A stretch of DNA of 64,000 nucleotides from assembly GCA_948514425.1 (NCBI GenBank), contig CAOQYN010000001.1:26605-90604 (forward strand). Reading direction: 5' to 3'. Position numbers and translations under genes: made by a program. This DNA is from an uncultured Candidatus Saccharibacteria bacterium. Lineage in GTDB: Bacteria > Patescibacteriota > Saccharimonadia > Saccharimonadales > Saccharimonadaceae. Below, piece by piece: positions 1-9,877 of this stretch (positions are counted from its first letter, which is position 1; every line of letters begins with the position of its first letter). Below the pieces are notes generated by a model that had not been told where the DNA came from, ran no database searches, and saw nothing but the letters and a program-made list of their open reading frames with translations.

Positions 1-805
1 TCGTCACCCTCACCAATTCATCTCGCTTCAATTTTACACTAATCTCCGTTTCTTTCGGTATCAACTGACGATAATCAGGGAATGAACCATCAATCAATTT
101 TGATGTAACTTCTATCTCTCCAATCCTAAAACGTACTTGCGTCTCATCAAACAATATTTCCACTTCAGTCACATCGTCAGAGATAGCTCTTAATACTTCC
201 TGCAAAGAACTAGTTGGCACGATTGCCATCACCTCCGACTCAACTTTTTCAATAAACCTTCGCTCCGCCAAACGATATCCATCCGTAGCCGCCAGATACA
301 ATGCCCCTTCAAACGTATTAAAGTACACACCAGTCAGCGCTGGGCGAGTCGTATCATTACTTGCCGCAATCATAACTTGTGACAAACCCGCCTTAAACTC
401 CTCCACCTCCATCTGAAATCGCACCGCCTTCGCATCATCCATTTCTGGCAACTCAGGAAAATCATCCGCCAAAGCTCCGTTAATTGTTGATGTATATTCT
501 CCCGCTTTAATTGTTACCCTATCATTCTTACCCACAATTTCTACAACTTCACCTTTTGGTAAATTACCCACAAATTCTGCCATCAATTTAGCTGGAACAG
601 TAATAACTCCATTCTTGCTTTGACTTGCTGGTAAATAGCTCACCACAGCCATATCGAGGTTGGTGGTAGTAAGACTAACCTTCCCATCATCTACCCGTAT
701 TAAAACATTGTTCAAAATCGGTAAAGTTGCTCTTGATCCTCCAGCTACCCGACTCACATTACTTAGTGCCTTTGCTAGCTTTTCTTGTAAAATTTTAATC
801 TCCAT
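1..805 (-). CDS. dnaN: DNA polymerase III beta sliding clamp (3' end outside window)
   Basis: Manual translation from CAT 803-805 gives MEIKILQEKLAKALSNVSRVAGGSRATLPILNNVLI...TTTNLDM. Directly downstream of dnaA. Confidence 0.95.
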   Translation of the reverse strand, partial: MEIKILQEKLAKALSNVSRVAGGSRATLPILNNVLIRVDDGKVSLTTTNLDMAVVSYLPASQSKNGVITVPAKLMAEFVGNLPKGEVVEIVGKNDRVTIKAGEYTSTINGALADDFPELPEMDDAKAVRFQMEVEEFKAGLSQVMIAASNDTTRPALTGVYFNTFEGALYLAATDGYRLAERRFIEKVESEVMAIVPTSSLQEVLRAISDDVTEVEILFDETQVRFRIGEIEVTSKLIDGSFPDYRQLIPKETEISVKLKRDELVRVT

Positions 806-826
806 TCTTCTTCCTTTCTATATAAT

Positions 827-1138
827 TAGTAGTTATAGTAATAGTCTATGTGGAAAATGTGCAAAACCCCTCCCTTACAGAGATAATTACATGTGTAAAT
901 CCACCCGCAAAACTTTTCCACCCTACTTGTGAAAAACTTAATTATTCCACAAAAACAATCTAAAAATCGACCAATCCATTCTTTTCCACACAATTTTTCC
1001 TCATTTTCCCACCGTTTTCCCCACAAACTTTCCCACATTTTTTCCACAAAATCTACCGAACAACCCGAACATCCAGTGTTAACCCGTTGTAAACAAAAAC
1101 CCGAACAAACCAACCCGAACAAATCCAAAAACCGAACA
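827..1138. promoter_or_regulatory. oriC, dnaA-dnaN intergenic part: DnaA-trios and DnaA boxes
   Basis: TAG TAG TTA TAG TAA TAG (827-844) lies next to TGTGGAAAA (849-857) and TGTGCAAAA (858-866). Further TTTTCCACA-type boxes at ~982 and ~1016-1048. Confidence 0.85.
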
Positions 1139-1153
1139 CAGACCAAAATACTG

Positions 1154-2527
1154 CTACCCATAGATTTTTTCCCGAATTGCAGCAATCTGATCCCTCAAGG
1201 TAAAGTTCAGCTTTAGATCTGCCTCAATCTTTTTAATCCCATGCATTACAGTCGTATGGTCTTTTACTCCAACTTCCAACGCAATTTTAGGCGTACTCAT
1301 GCTTAATTCTTTTGACAACAAATACATTGCCACCTGTCGCGCATTTTTTATATGGGACACTCTGCTTTTACTACACATCTCTTTTGGCGTCATCTGATAG
1401 AACTTTGCTACTCGCTCAATTACTTGTTTCGGAGCTACCGCTTTATTATGTACGCCCTGTGCTGGATTAACGTAACCTTCATTAATTACTTCAAGCGGCG
1501 AAATATTTTTTAAGTCCGCCACCGCCAGCAACCTGTTAAATTCTCCTTCTAGATCACGTATATTGGTTCGTACGTTTTCTGCCAAATACTCAATCGCCTC
1601 ATCTTCAATATCTACCCCAATAAATTCTGCCTTAGCTTTTAGAATTGCACACTTATCTTCAAACTGAGGCAACTGCAAATCAAACGTACCTCCCCATACC
1701 AACCTCGACGCCAGTCTTTCATCTACTGATTTAATCTGATTCGGTAGTCGATCTGACGTTACTATGATTTGCTTATTCAACCCATATAGTTCATTAAAAA
1801 TATCAAAAAACTCTGCTTGTGATCGATCTTTGTTCATGATCATCTGAAAATCATCAATAATCAATACATCTAGCCTCTTAAACTTCTGATGAAACTCGTC
1901 TCCCTTATTAACACGCACTGCATTAATAAATTCCGAATAAAAACTCGACATCGGTGCATACAAAACCTTTAATTTTGCATTACGCATCAATAATTCATTA
2001 CCAATTGCTTGTACCAAGTGTGTTTTTCCTAATCCTGGACCACCATACAGAAAGAAAGGGTTATAACTCGTACCTGGCTTATCAACAATACTACGCGCCA
2101 CACTCACAGCCAAATCATTATTTGATCCAATTACAAAATTACTCAAAGTATAGCGTGGATTTAATCCAGTCTGAAATCCGCCGCTACGTGCTTGAGTTTC
2201 GCCAAAACTCTCTCTTGCTACATGGACAGCCTTTTCTGGAGCAATCAACTTTTGTGGCACCTCGCGCGATCGTATCTTTGTTTTTGTGTTAGTCTGTACG
2301 ACATATTTCAACTCGCCAACTTCGACGTTATTATTTTTGAATGCTTTTTTCAAAATATCTGAATATTTTACCTGTAATTGCTTTATCTTAAAAACATTCG
2401 GAACCCCAATAGTCACCACACCGTCACTAACATCTACTAACTCCGTACCAGTAAACCAAGTCGAATATTGCTCGCGCGGAATCGCCTGCTCTACCTCAGT
2501 CAGCACATTTTTCCACACGTCAAACAT
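1154..2527 (-). CDS. dnaA: Chromosomal replication initiator DnaA
   Basis: YNPFFLYGGPGLGKTHL Walker A, LIIDDFQ, C-terminal KDHTTVMHG. Confidence 0.99.
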   Translation of the reverse strand: MFDVWKNVLTEVEQAIPREQYSTWFTGTELVDVSDGVVTIGVPNVFKIKQLQVKYSDILKKAFKNNNVEVGELKYVVQTNTKTKIRSREVPQKLIAPEKAVHVARESFGETQARSGGFQTGLNPRYTLSNFVIGSNNDLAVSVARSIVDKPGTSYNPFFLYGGPGLGKTHLVQAIGNELLMRNAKLKVLYAPMSSFYSEFINAVRVNKGDEFHQKFKRLDVLIIDDFQMIMNKDRSQAEFFDIFNELYGLNKQIIVTSDRLPNQIKSVDERLASRLVWGGTFDLQLPQFEDKCAILKAKAEFIGVDIEDEAIEYLAENVRTNIRDLEGEFNRLLAVADLKNISPLEVINEGYVNPAQGVHNKAVAPKQVIERVAKFYQMTPKEMCSKSRVSHIKNARQVAMYLLSKELSMSTPKIALEVGVKDHTTVMHGIKKIEADLKLNFTLRDQIAAIREKIYG

Positions 2528-2580
2528 AGACCCCTTAACTCCTCCTTAACTTACCTTAATTATACCAAACAACCATCGAC

Positions 2581-2711
2581 TTTTCCACAGTTTTCAACCT
2601 TAAAACAAAACATGTCATAATATCACCTTCTTTTCACAGAGGTAGACTTTTCCACAGTTTTCATCTAACCAGTATAATATATGTGGAAAACTTCTTGCGA
2701 AATGTGGAAAT
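2581..2711. promoter_or_regulatory. DnaA boxes upstream of dnaA (second part of a bipartite oriC / autoregulation)
   Basis: TTTTCCACA at 2581 and ~2648, TGTGGAAAA at ~2682, TGTGGAAAT at ~2703. Confidence 0.8.
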
Positions 2712-2759
2712 CTGGGGTATACTAGAACAAGTATTTATTAATATAGAAAGAATAATCAG

Positions 2760-2897
2760 ATGCCAAAACGAACTTATCAACCACACAAACGTCAACGTAA
2801 AGTCGAACACGGCTTCATGAAGCGTAATAGTTCAAAGTCTGGCCAAAAGGTTTTGAAGCGTCGCCGCATCAAAGGCCGCGCTCGCCTTAGCGCCTAG
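2760..2897 (+). CDS. rpmH: 50S ribosomal protein L34
   Basis: Manual translation [45 protein letters not shown]. Canonical position before rnpA. Confidence 0.97.
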   Translation: MPKRTYQPHKRQRKVEHGFMKRNSSKSGQKVLKRRRIKGRARLSA

Positions 2898-2912
2898 TGC
2901 TATAATATATAC

Positions 2913-3254
2913 ATGCTATCACAAAAATACCGTTTTCATTCACGGGGTGGTGTTAGATATACATATCAGAAGGGAAAAACGATTAGAACTCCTGTTCTAT
3001 CCTTAGTTTATGCCCCCAACTCTCATCACCATCAGCGTTTTGGTGTCGTTGTTTCTAAGAAAGTGCTAAAATCTGCTGTTGGTCGCAACCGTATTCGTCG
3101 TCGCGTCTACGAAGCACTCCGTCTTGAGTTACCTGAGTTTACGGCACATATGGACTGTCTTTTTGTAGTTTTTAATAAGTCAATCATCGAAATGTCTTTT
3201 CGCGACCTACGCCGCCTTATCCACGAATTATTAGAACGTAGCCTCCTAGCCTAA
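2913..3254 (+). CDS. rnpA: Ribonuclease P protein component
   Basis: RFGVVVSKKV..SAVGRNRIRRR motif and synteny. Confidence 0.97.
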   Translation: MLSQKYRFHSRGGVRYTYQKGKTIRTPVLSLVYAPNSHHHQRFGVVVSKKVLKSAVGRNRIRRRVYEALRLELPEFTAHMDCLFVVFNKSIIEMSFRDLRRLIHELLERSLLA

Positions 3255-3307
3255 ACAATACACAAACCAGTATACTGCTATATTGAGAGTTGTGTTATAA
3301 TAATCAC

Positions 3308-4369
3308 ATGTTTGAGTTAATTGATTTATTGATCGTCAGACCAATTACGAATATTTTGTTCGTCATATATGGTTTTGTTGGTGATTTTGGCCTTGCGATT
3401 ATTCTATTTACGGTCTTGGTTAAGATTTGTTTATGGCCGCTCGTGAAGCGCCAGCTCCATCAGACTCGGCTTATGCGCAAAATTCAGCCCCAACTTGCCG
3501 AGATTAAAAAGAACTGCAACGGCAATCGTCAGCTCGAATCGCTCCAAATGATGGATTTATATAAGCGCAACAATATCAAGCCTTTCCGCTCAATGCTAAC
3601 ATTGTTTATTCAGCTTCCAATTTTTATTGCTCTCTATACAGCAGTTCGCGTCATGGTTCAGCCAACCTTGTCAGACAATCTCGACAAGCGTGCTTATACT
3701 TTTGTTCGAGAGATTGATAATGTTAATCAAGTTATCGAACTTCAAAAACCATATCTAACCTATCAACAGACTATCCAGAACATTCGTAACGATAGTAATC
3801 TAAACGATACAGAAAAGTCTCAAAAAATCAACGACATCCCAGCAGCATCCTATGACTTCCACCCCAAATTCTTAAATCTTCTCGATCTTGACTCTTACCC
3901 TGGTTTTGGCTCAATTAATGCCTTTATCATTTTACTTTTTGCTATCGGTTCTGCTTTCTCGCAATACTGGATTTCTCGTCAGCAACTCCCATCCAGCAAA
4001 TCTCAAAAATCAAAAACTTTCCGCCAGATTATGAAAGAAGCTGCCGACGGTAAAGAACCTGACCAATCTGAGCTTAACGCCGTTATGACTGGCCAAATGT
4101 CCAAAATGATGCCGATTATGATGTTCCTTATCATGATTAACCTCCCAGGTGCACTCGTCTTTTACTATTTTGTTAGTAATATCATGACAGGTATCCAACA
4201 AAAATATATCTTAGGTAAGAAAACCGAAGAAATGGAAATCTCAGCCGACAAGAAAATTATTCGCGAGCTTAATAAGATCGAGGAAGGTCAAGTTATTAAG
4301 GAAAAGCGTGATGGTGCAAAAATCACCAAAATCACCGCCAAGAGTAAAAAACGTGGGCGCAAGAAGTAA
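3308..4369 (+). CDS. yidC: Membrane protein insertase YidC
   Basis: FGLAIILFTVLVK, IQPQLAEIKK, IQLPIFIALY. Start ATG 3308 follows TATAAT. Confidence 0.95.
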   Translation: MFELIDLLIVRPITNILFVIYGFVGDFGLAIILFTVLVKICLWPLVKRQLHQTRLMRKIQPQLAEIKKNCNGNRQLESLQMMDLYKRNNIKPFRSMLTLFIQLPIFIALYTAVRVMVQPTLSDNLDKRAYTFVREIDNVNQVIELQKPYLTYQQTIQNIRNDSNLNDTEKSQKINDIPAASYDFHPKFLNLLDLDSYPGFGSINAFIILLFAIGSAFSQYWISRQQLPSSKSQKSKTFRQIMKEAADGKEPDQSELNAVMTGQMSKMMPIMMFLIMINLPGALVFYYFVSNIMTGIQQKYILGKKTEEMEISADKKIIRELNKIEEGQVIKEKRDGAKITKITAKSKKRGRKK

Positions 4370-4384
4370 ACAGGAGAATTTATT

Positions 4385-4846
4385 ATGAACAAAGATGAAT
4401 CAATTCGTTTCGCCACCAAATATCTCGAGGATCTTCTATCATTTTTTGGCGTCAATGTCGCTGTCGATTCCACCCTTGATGATGAGGTGATCCAGCTTGC
4501 CATTCCTTCAACTTCGATGAACTCTTTACTTATTGGTCGCGAAGCTAATAATCTTCGCGCTTTGCAGCATATCGTTTCGATGGCTTTAACTAGTCGCGAC
4601 GCCGAGCTTACGCGTGTAAATGTCGATGTTGCCGACTACAAGCGCCAACGCGCCGAACATGTCGCCGAGCAAGCCGAAGAATGGATTCGTACCGTTCGTC
4701 AAACCGGTGAGTCGCGCCGCCTCAACCTCAATGCAGCCGATCGTCGCATAGTTCACAAAGTCGCCCAAGATTACTCTGATATCACTACTCACTCCGAAGG
4801 TGAAGGTCGTGAACGTCAGCTTATCATTGAGAAAATCAACATCTAA
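4385..4846 (+). CDS. jag: Jag/KhpB-like KH + R3H RNA-binding protein
   Basis: LLIGRE..NLRALQ KH motif, RRIVH R3H motif, SEGEGRER. Follows yidC. Confidence 0.9.
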   Translation: MNKDESIRFATKYLEDLLSFFGVNVAVDSTLDDEVIQLAIPSTSMNSLLIGREANNLRALQHIVSMALTSRDAELTRVNVDVADYKRQRAEHVAEQAEEWIRTVRQTGESRRLNLNAADRRIVHKVAQDYSDITTHSEGEGRERQLIIEKINI

Positions 4847-4848
4847 TC

Positions 4849-5172
4849 TTACAATTCTAAGCCAAGAATTTCTGCAGCCTCTTGAAGAACCTTAGTCTCT
4901 TCTGGGCTAGCTGTGATTAAATAATGTCGAAACAACTCTACAGTTTCTGGATGTGTTAAATCGATCACTTCCAGCGAACGTGCCGCACCAGGAACCTTTT
5001 TTAGAGCCCGTTTCGCAACTAAATTATCAATATGTTCCGCCACTGCAGAGACCGATGATAATCCCAGGGCCGTCATAATCTCACGATATGTTGGAGAAAC
5101 ACCATGCGACCCAGTATAGTCATTAATAAAGTCAATAATAAGCGCTTGTTTTTTCGTCAATTTAGTCGTCAT
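4849..5172 (-). CDS. LexA-type winged-helix repressor (DNA-binding domain only)
   Basis: LTKKQ..IIDFI..PTYREI..LGLSS..AVAEHI..L..K..ARSL. No peptidase domain in 107 aa. Confidence 0.85.
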   Translation of the reverse strand: MTTKLTKKQALIIDFINDYTGSHGVSPTYREIMTALGLSSVSAVAEHIDNLVAKRALKKVPGAARSLEVIDLTHPETVELFRHYLITASPEETKVLQEAAEILGLEL

Positions 5173-5223
5173 ATGTTAAAATAGATTATAGATTATAAGC
5201 ATAAATAGGTCAACGGGAGTAAA

Positions 5224-6942
5224 ATGAGTAGAACCTCAATTGATGGATTGACTGTGCGCCCTTCGCGCTCATTAAAGCCGCGCAGTAATAGCACCTCGGC
5301 CCCACGCTCCAAGACCAAAAATACAGCTCGCACTACTGATATTACAAGACCGAAAACGCGCTCCAACTCATCTTTCAAACAGAACCCACTTGACGAGGAC
5401 TTTATTGGGCCGGTTGAGGGTTTAAGTCTTACGGATGTGGACGAACAATTTTCTGAGACCAATACCGATGATTGGTCAGAATTATTAAATGAATTTGGTG
5501 ACAAAAAAACGCTTGATACTGATCTCTCAGACGAGGAAGGTTTATTTGCTAGTGAAGACTCCAGCACATCAAAACCTAAATCAAAGAAACAAAAAAAGGG
5601 CAAACCAAACGATAAACCAAAGAAAAAACACAAAATTCGCCGCCGTGTATTATTGACTCTATTTTTGTTGCTTATTACTGCGGGAGTTATCTTATTTATA
5701 TGGGGCGACAGCATTATTTCGCGTCTTACAAACGGCCAATCAGGTCTATGGGATGTTTTTGGTTCTGTGATGTCAGAAACAGTACCTTTCGAAACTGATG
5801 AGCATGGTCGTACGAACATCCTAGTATTTGGTACTGGAGGCTACGATATGGACGGTTCCGTTAACGGTACACAACACGATGGTGCCGATTTGACTGACTC
5901 AATTATGGTCGTTAGCTTTGATCAAGAAACAAAAGACGTCGCACTTCTTAGCATCCCACGTGACCTAAAAGTCTCTCAAGCCTGTTTTGCCGGCAAAGTA
6001 AATGAGGTCTACACCTGCAACAATTCCGAGGGTAGTAACGAAGCTGCTGGTGCTGAAGCCTTGCAGAAGCAGCTTGGTGAAGTGCTGGGTATAGATTTTC
6101 AATACTGGGTTCATGTCAACTGGGGATCTCTTGTTGATATTGTTGATGCACTAGGTGGCATCACTGTTACTCTAGATGAAGACATCGCTGACTACTGGAA
6201 CACTGGTATTGTACTACAAGCTGGAGTTCCAACTCAAGTTGACGGTGTTGTAGCTGTTGGCATTGCGCGCGCACGTTATGGTACTCAGGGTGGCGATTTT
6301 ACACGTGGTAATAGTCAACAAAAAATCGTTGAGGGGATTGTTCAAAAAATGATCGACAACGGCATTGGATTGACCGACGCTCTCAATTTACTTAATATCC
6401 TTGGTGATAATTTGCGTACCAACTTTTCCTCAGACAACATTAAAGCGGGTCTCAAACTGATGTCCGGATTCAACCCAGCTGATATTCGAAATGTTTCTTT
6501 GGTAGACTACAAAAATAATATATATTATGTCAAAACAGCAGAAATCGGAGGTGTTTCTTTCGTTGTCCCTAGCCTTGGCACTGGTATATACAGCGACATT
6601 CATGCCTATATTGATAAAATGTTTAGTAGCAACCCAGCAGTACGTGAAGGTGCAATGATTGCAGTTTATAATGCCACCGAAACTTCCGGTATAGCCGGAG
6701 CCGAGCAAAACCGACTTGAGTCAGAAGGATATACGGTTAGTGAAATTGGTGATGCTGCAGCTGGAGACTGCGCCGAGAAATATTGTGTATTTATATTAGA
6801 TGAATCTATGGGCGCAACCAAATCCGCTCTCGAATCGCGCTACGGTGTGACATCTAAGCCTGCCTCCGAGCTACCATCAGACATTTATCCAGGCACAGCT
6901 AATGTTGTCGTCGTGATTGGTGTAGCTGAAGCAGAGAATTAG
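5224..6942 (+). CDS. LCP (LytR-CpsA-Psr) glycopolymer transferase with LytR_C domain
   Basis: TNILVFG, TDSIMV, LLSIPRDL, DFTRGNSQQ. One TM helix. C-terminal VYNAT..GIA. Confidence 0.92.
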   Translation: MSRTSIDGLTVRPSRSLKPRSNSTSAPRSKTKNTARTTDITRPKTRSNSSFKQNPLDEDFIGPVEGLSLTDVDEQFSETNTDDWSELLNEFGDKKTLDTDLSDEEGLFASEDSSTSKPKSKKQKKGKPNDKPKKKHKIRRRVLLTLFLLLITAGVILFIWGDSIISRLTNGQSGLWDVFGSVMSETVPFETDEHGRTNILVFGTGGYDMDGSVNGTQHDGADLTDSIMVVSFDQETKDVALLSIPRDLKVSQACFAGKVNEVYTCNNSEGSNEAAGAEALQKQLGEVLGIDFQYWVHVNWGSLVDIVDALGGITVTLDEDIADYWNTGIVLQAGVPTQVDGVVAVGIARARYGTQGGDFTRGNSQQKIVEGIVQKMIDNGIGLTDALNLLNILGDNLRTNFSSDNIKAGLKLMSGFNPADIRNVSLVDYKNNIYYVKTAEIGGVSFVVPSLGTGIYSDIHAYIDKMFSSNPAVREGAMIAVYNATETSGIAGAEQNRLESEGYTVSEIGDAAAGDCAEKYCVFILDESMGATKSALESRYGVTSKPASELPSDIYPGTANVVVVIGVAEAEN

Positions 6943-7106
6943 GAACTATTTGTCAGTCAAAGTATCACGCTATTGCTTGCACCCCAACCATAGTCTCTGC
7001 TATACTCTGGACAACAGGGAATATATACTTTCTGTTAAGACATTAAACCAAAGGAGGTTGACATTATAGAGGTATTTGTTAAAATTGGGCTAGGAGAAAA
7101 AAGGTT

Positions 7107-7700
7107 ATGATCAAAACAAACATGCAAAAAACAACTTCTAATACTCGGCATCGACTACCGCTCTATCGCCGAGCATGGTTCCTAGTGTTGTTAGTACTCA
7201 TCGCTATAGCAGCGATTGTATGTTTAGTGGTTTTTCTTGTCAAACCAGATAATCATGACGCGGCGTCTGCTGATTCAAAATCTGGGGATGATGCCTCTCA
7301 AGATCTGTCAGAGCAAGAAGTTTCTCAAACTAATGATGGTCAACATGATAACCAAAATGAGCCATATTCCGATCCAGATCAAATTACTCCTCAATACGAG
7401 GGCGAAAACCCTAACCTCGCTAACGACCTAAGCGGTAATATTGCTAATTACAGTTATGACGGTGGTATGTTGAAAATTAATACCATGATTAATCAATACC
7501 TTAGTAGCGGTACTTGCGAATTAAAAGTAACTGGCAGTAACGGAAATATCTATACGGCGTCATCTGATATTATTGCCTCTGCTTCAACATCGGCCTGCTA
7601 CGATTTAGGTGTTGCAGTATCACCAGATACCTATACGATTGAAATCACCATAAAGAGTGACAACAAACAAGGAATTATTACCGGAGAGATTAGCCTATGA
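7107..7700 (+). CDS. Membrane-anchored hypothetical protein
   Basis: N-terminal TM helix, acidic linker, beta-rich C-terminus with two Cys. Confidence 0.75.
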   Translation: MIKTNMQKTTSNTRHRLPLYRRAWFLVLLVLIAIAAIVCLVVFLVKPDNHDAASADSKSGDDASQDLSEQEVSQTNDGQHDNQNEPYSDPDQITPQYEGENPNLANDLSGNIANYSYDGGMLKINTMINQYLSSGTCELKVTGSNGNIYTASSDIIASASTSACYDLGVAVSPDTYTIEITIKSDNKQGIITGEISL

Positions 7701-9874
7701 GTTTAAAATTAGACTTTAAAGAACTAAAGATGTATCGCCGTACGGCTTTTATAGTCTTTGTTTTTTGTATGATGATGAGTTTTTCTTTCTTTGCGATGCG
7801 CGGGATGCAAAAATCATCTGCCGCTTCGACAGCTAATTTTAGACCAGGGAACATCATTAGCGATACTGTAATGGCAAACTACAACTCAATGTCAAAAGAC
7901 GACATTCAACGTTTTTTGACCGCTAAAAACCCATGTAATGACCGCGACTATAATAAATATCTTCGCCTCAAGGCTGCCTACCCAAATAATAGTTGGCATT
8001 TTGAAAACGGTCATTTTATTTGTTTATCTGAAGAGCGCTTTGGAGATGGTGAAGCCATAGGTTCTGGCCAAACCGCCGCAGAAATAATTTATCAAGCTGC
8101 TCAAGACTATAAGATTAACCCCCAAGTCATCATTGTTCTCCTACAGAAAGAGCAAGGATTAATTACAGACACCTATCCTAACCAAATCCAATACCGTGCC
8201 GCTACTGGATTTGGTTGCCCCGATACAGCTGCTTGTAGTACGCAATATTATGGCTTCAAAAACCAAGTTCGCAATGCCGCTAATATGTTCCGTACTGTCC
8301 TTAACGGAGGTTGGTCTAACTATCCCGCCTACACAACATCCTACATACAATACAATCCGAACGCTAATTGTGGCGGCACTCATGTCTATATAGAAAATCG
8401 CGCTACGTCTGCTTTATATCGTTACACCCCATATCAACCAAATGCCTCTGCTCTCAATGCTGGCTACGGTACTGGTGATGTTTGTGGCGCCTACGGTAAC
8501 CGCAATTTCTACCTCTACTTTGTTGATTGGTTCGGTAACACACAATTAGATATGCCGATTACTCGGCACCGCGTAATTGAAGATGGGGTTTATACGATTA
8601 CTTCAGGCACAACCTATGATACTGCACTAACTGTCAATGGCAGTACATCAGGATCTAATGTGAGCATGAATTCACGCAGTGGTGCAAATACACAAAAATG
8701 GCAGATAACATACCACGATAGCGACTCTACTTATAGCTTCACAAATCAAGCAACAGGATTAGCACTAGACATTCATGGTGCCAGCGTAGCCAGTGGCGCT
8801 AATGTTGAAGTATTTACCAAAAGCGGTAATTGTAATCAAAAATGGCACGCAATAGCAAATAATGACGGAACGTTTGGCTTTGTTTCAGCTTGTTCATCAA
8901 CAGTAGCCCTCGACGTCTATGGAGCTAGCGCAGCGAGCGGAGCTAATGTACAGAGTTATAGTTATCATGGCGATATCAGTCAAAAGTGGCGCATAATTCC
9001 TGATGCAGCCCTACCTGATGGCTTATATAGCATTTCCCCCACTCATGAAAAATCTCTGACCTTAGATGTGTTTGGAGGCTACACAAGTCCAAAAACAAAC
9101 GTACAAGTTTACACTAACCATGAATCTCCTAACGAGAAATGGAACCTCCAATACGATCAACGTGATGGAACCTATAAAATAACTAGCCTTAGCAGTGGTC
9201 TTGCCCTTGATGTCTATGGCGGATATACAGGCAACGGTACAAATATACAGATGTACAATTATCACGGGAGTTGTGGCCAAAAATGGCTTATCGTGCCAAA
9301 TAGCAAGGGATATACCATTGCTTCAGCCTGCTCTGGCTTATCACTCGACGTCTATGGTGGATATAAAAATAGTGGCTCTAACGTTCAGCTTTGGCAACAA
9401 AATGACGCCGATCACCAAGTTTGGCAAATCACGCCAACCCGTGCTGGAATCCTTGCTGATGGGATCTACTCTATTGCCGCAAGCGCGAATGGTGGCCTAT
9501 TGCTAGACGCCAGTAATAATATTAGTGGCAGCAATGTTAGAATTTACAATCAAGCTAACTCCAATATGCAAAAATGGAAATTAACTACCAATAATGACGG
9601 AACATACTACATTACAAATGTTGCATCAGGATTATCCTTAGACGTCTATGGGGGATATACGAATAACGAAGCCAATGTTCAAGTATTCACGGCTCACTAC
9701 GGTCAAAATCAAAAATGGAAAATTGAACAAAATGCAGACGGAACTTACTCTATACGTTCCGCAAATTCCAATAAATCACTTGATATTTACGGTGGTACCG
9801 CTAACGGAAACAACGTCCAACAGTATTCATGGCATGGTGGCGATAATCAAAGGTGGCGAATAGTAAAGGATTAA
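7697..9874 (+). CDS. Secreted protein: putative cell-wall hydrolase-like N-domain plus three ricin-B lectin domains
   Basis: Signal peptide. INPQVIIVLLQKEQGL N-domain. Many LDVYGG...NVQ...NQKW (QxW) repeats from ~aa 295. Confidence 0.85.
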   Translation: MSLKLDFKELKMYRRTAFIVFVFCMMMSFSFFAMRGMQKSSAASTANFRPGNIISDTVMANYNSMSKDDIQRFLTAKNPCNDRDYNKYLRLKAAYPNNSWHFENGHFICLSEERFGDGEAIGSGQTAAEIIYQAAQDYKINPQVIIVLLQKEQGLITDTYPNQIQYRAATGFGCPDTAACSTQYYGFKNQVRNAANMFRTVLNGGWSNYPAYTTSYIQYNPNANCGGTHVYIENRATSALYRYTPYQPNASALNAGYGTGDVCGAYGNRNFYLYFVDWFGNTQLDMPITRHRVIEDGVYTITSGTTYDTALTVNGSTSGSNVSMNSRSGANTQKWQITYHDSDSTYSFTNQATGLALDIHGASVASGANVEVFTKSGNCNQKWHAIANNDGTFGFVSACSSTVALDVYGASAASGANVQSYSYHGDISQKWRIIPDAALPDGLYSISPTHEKSLTLDVFGGYTSPKTNVQVYTNHESPNEKWNLQYDQRDGTYKITSLSSGLALDVYGGYTGNGTNIQMYNYHGSCGQKWLIVPNSKGYTIASACSGLSLDVYGGYKNSGSNVQLWQQNDADHQVWQITPTRAGILADGIYSIAASANGGLLLDASNNISGSNVRIYNQANSNMQKWKLTTNNDGTYYITNVASGLSLDVYGGYTNNEANVQVFTAHYGQNQKWKIEQNADGTYSIRSANSNKSLDIYGGTANGNNVQQYSWHGGDNQRWRIVKD

Positions 9875-9877
9875 CCC

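Noticed and set aside
660..1216. ORFs 660-932, 826-1185 and 929-1216
   Set aside because: They are antisense to dnaN or span the oriC repeats, and have no protein-like features.
7005..7070. Hairpin, AAGGAGG and a TTG-ACA-TTA-TAG mini-ORF upstream of 7107
   Set aside because: The TTGACA is more simply the -35 of the 7107 promoter; no riboswitch consensus recognised.
8570..9870. Repeated GA(C/T)GTCTATGG units as a CRISPR array or DGR repeats
   Set aside because: They are the coding repeats of ricin-B subdomains; no constant repeat-spacer period and no cas or RT gene.
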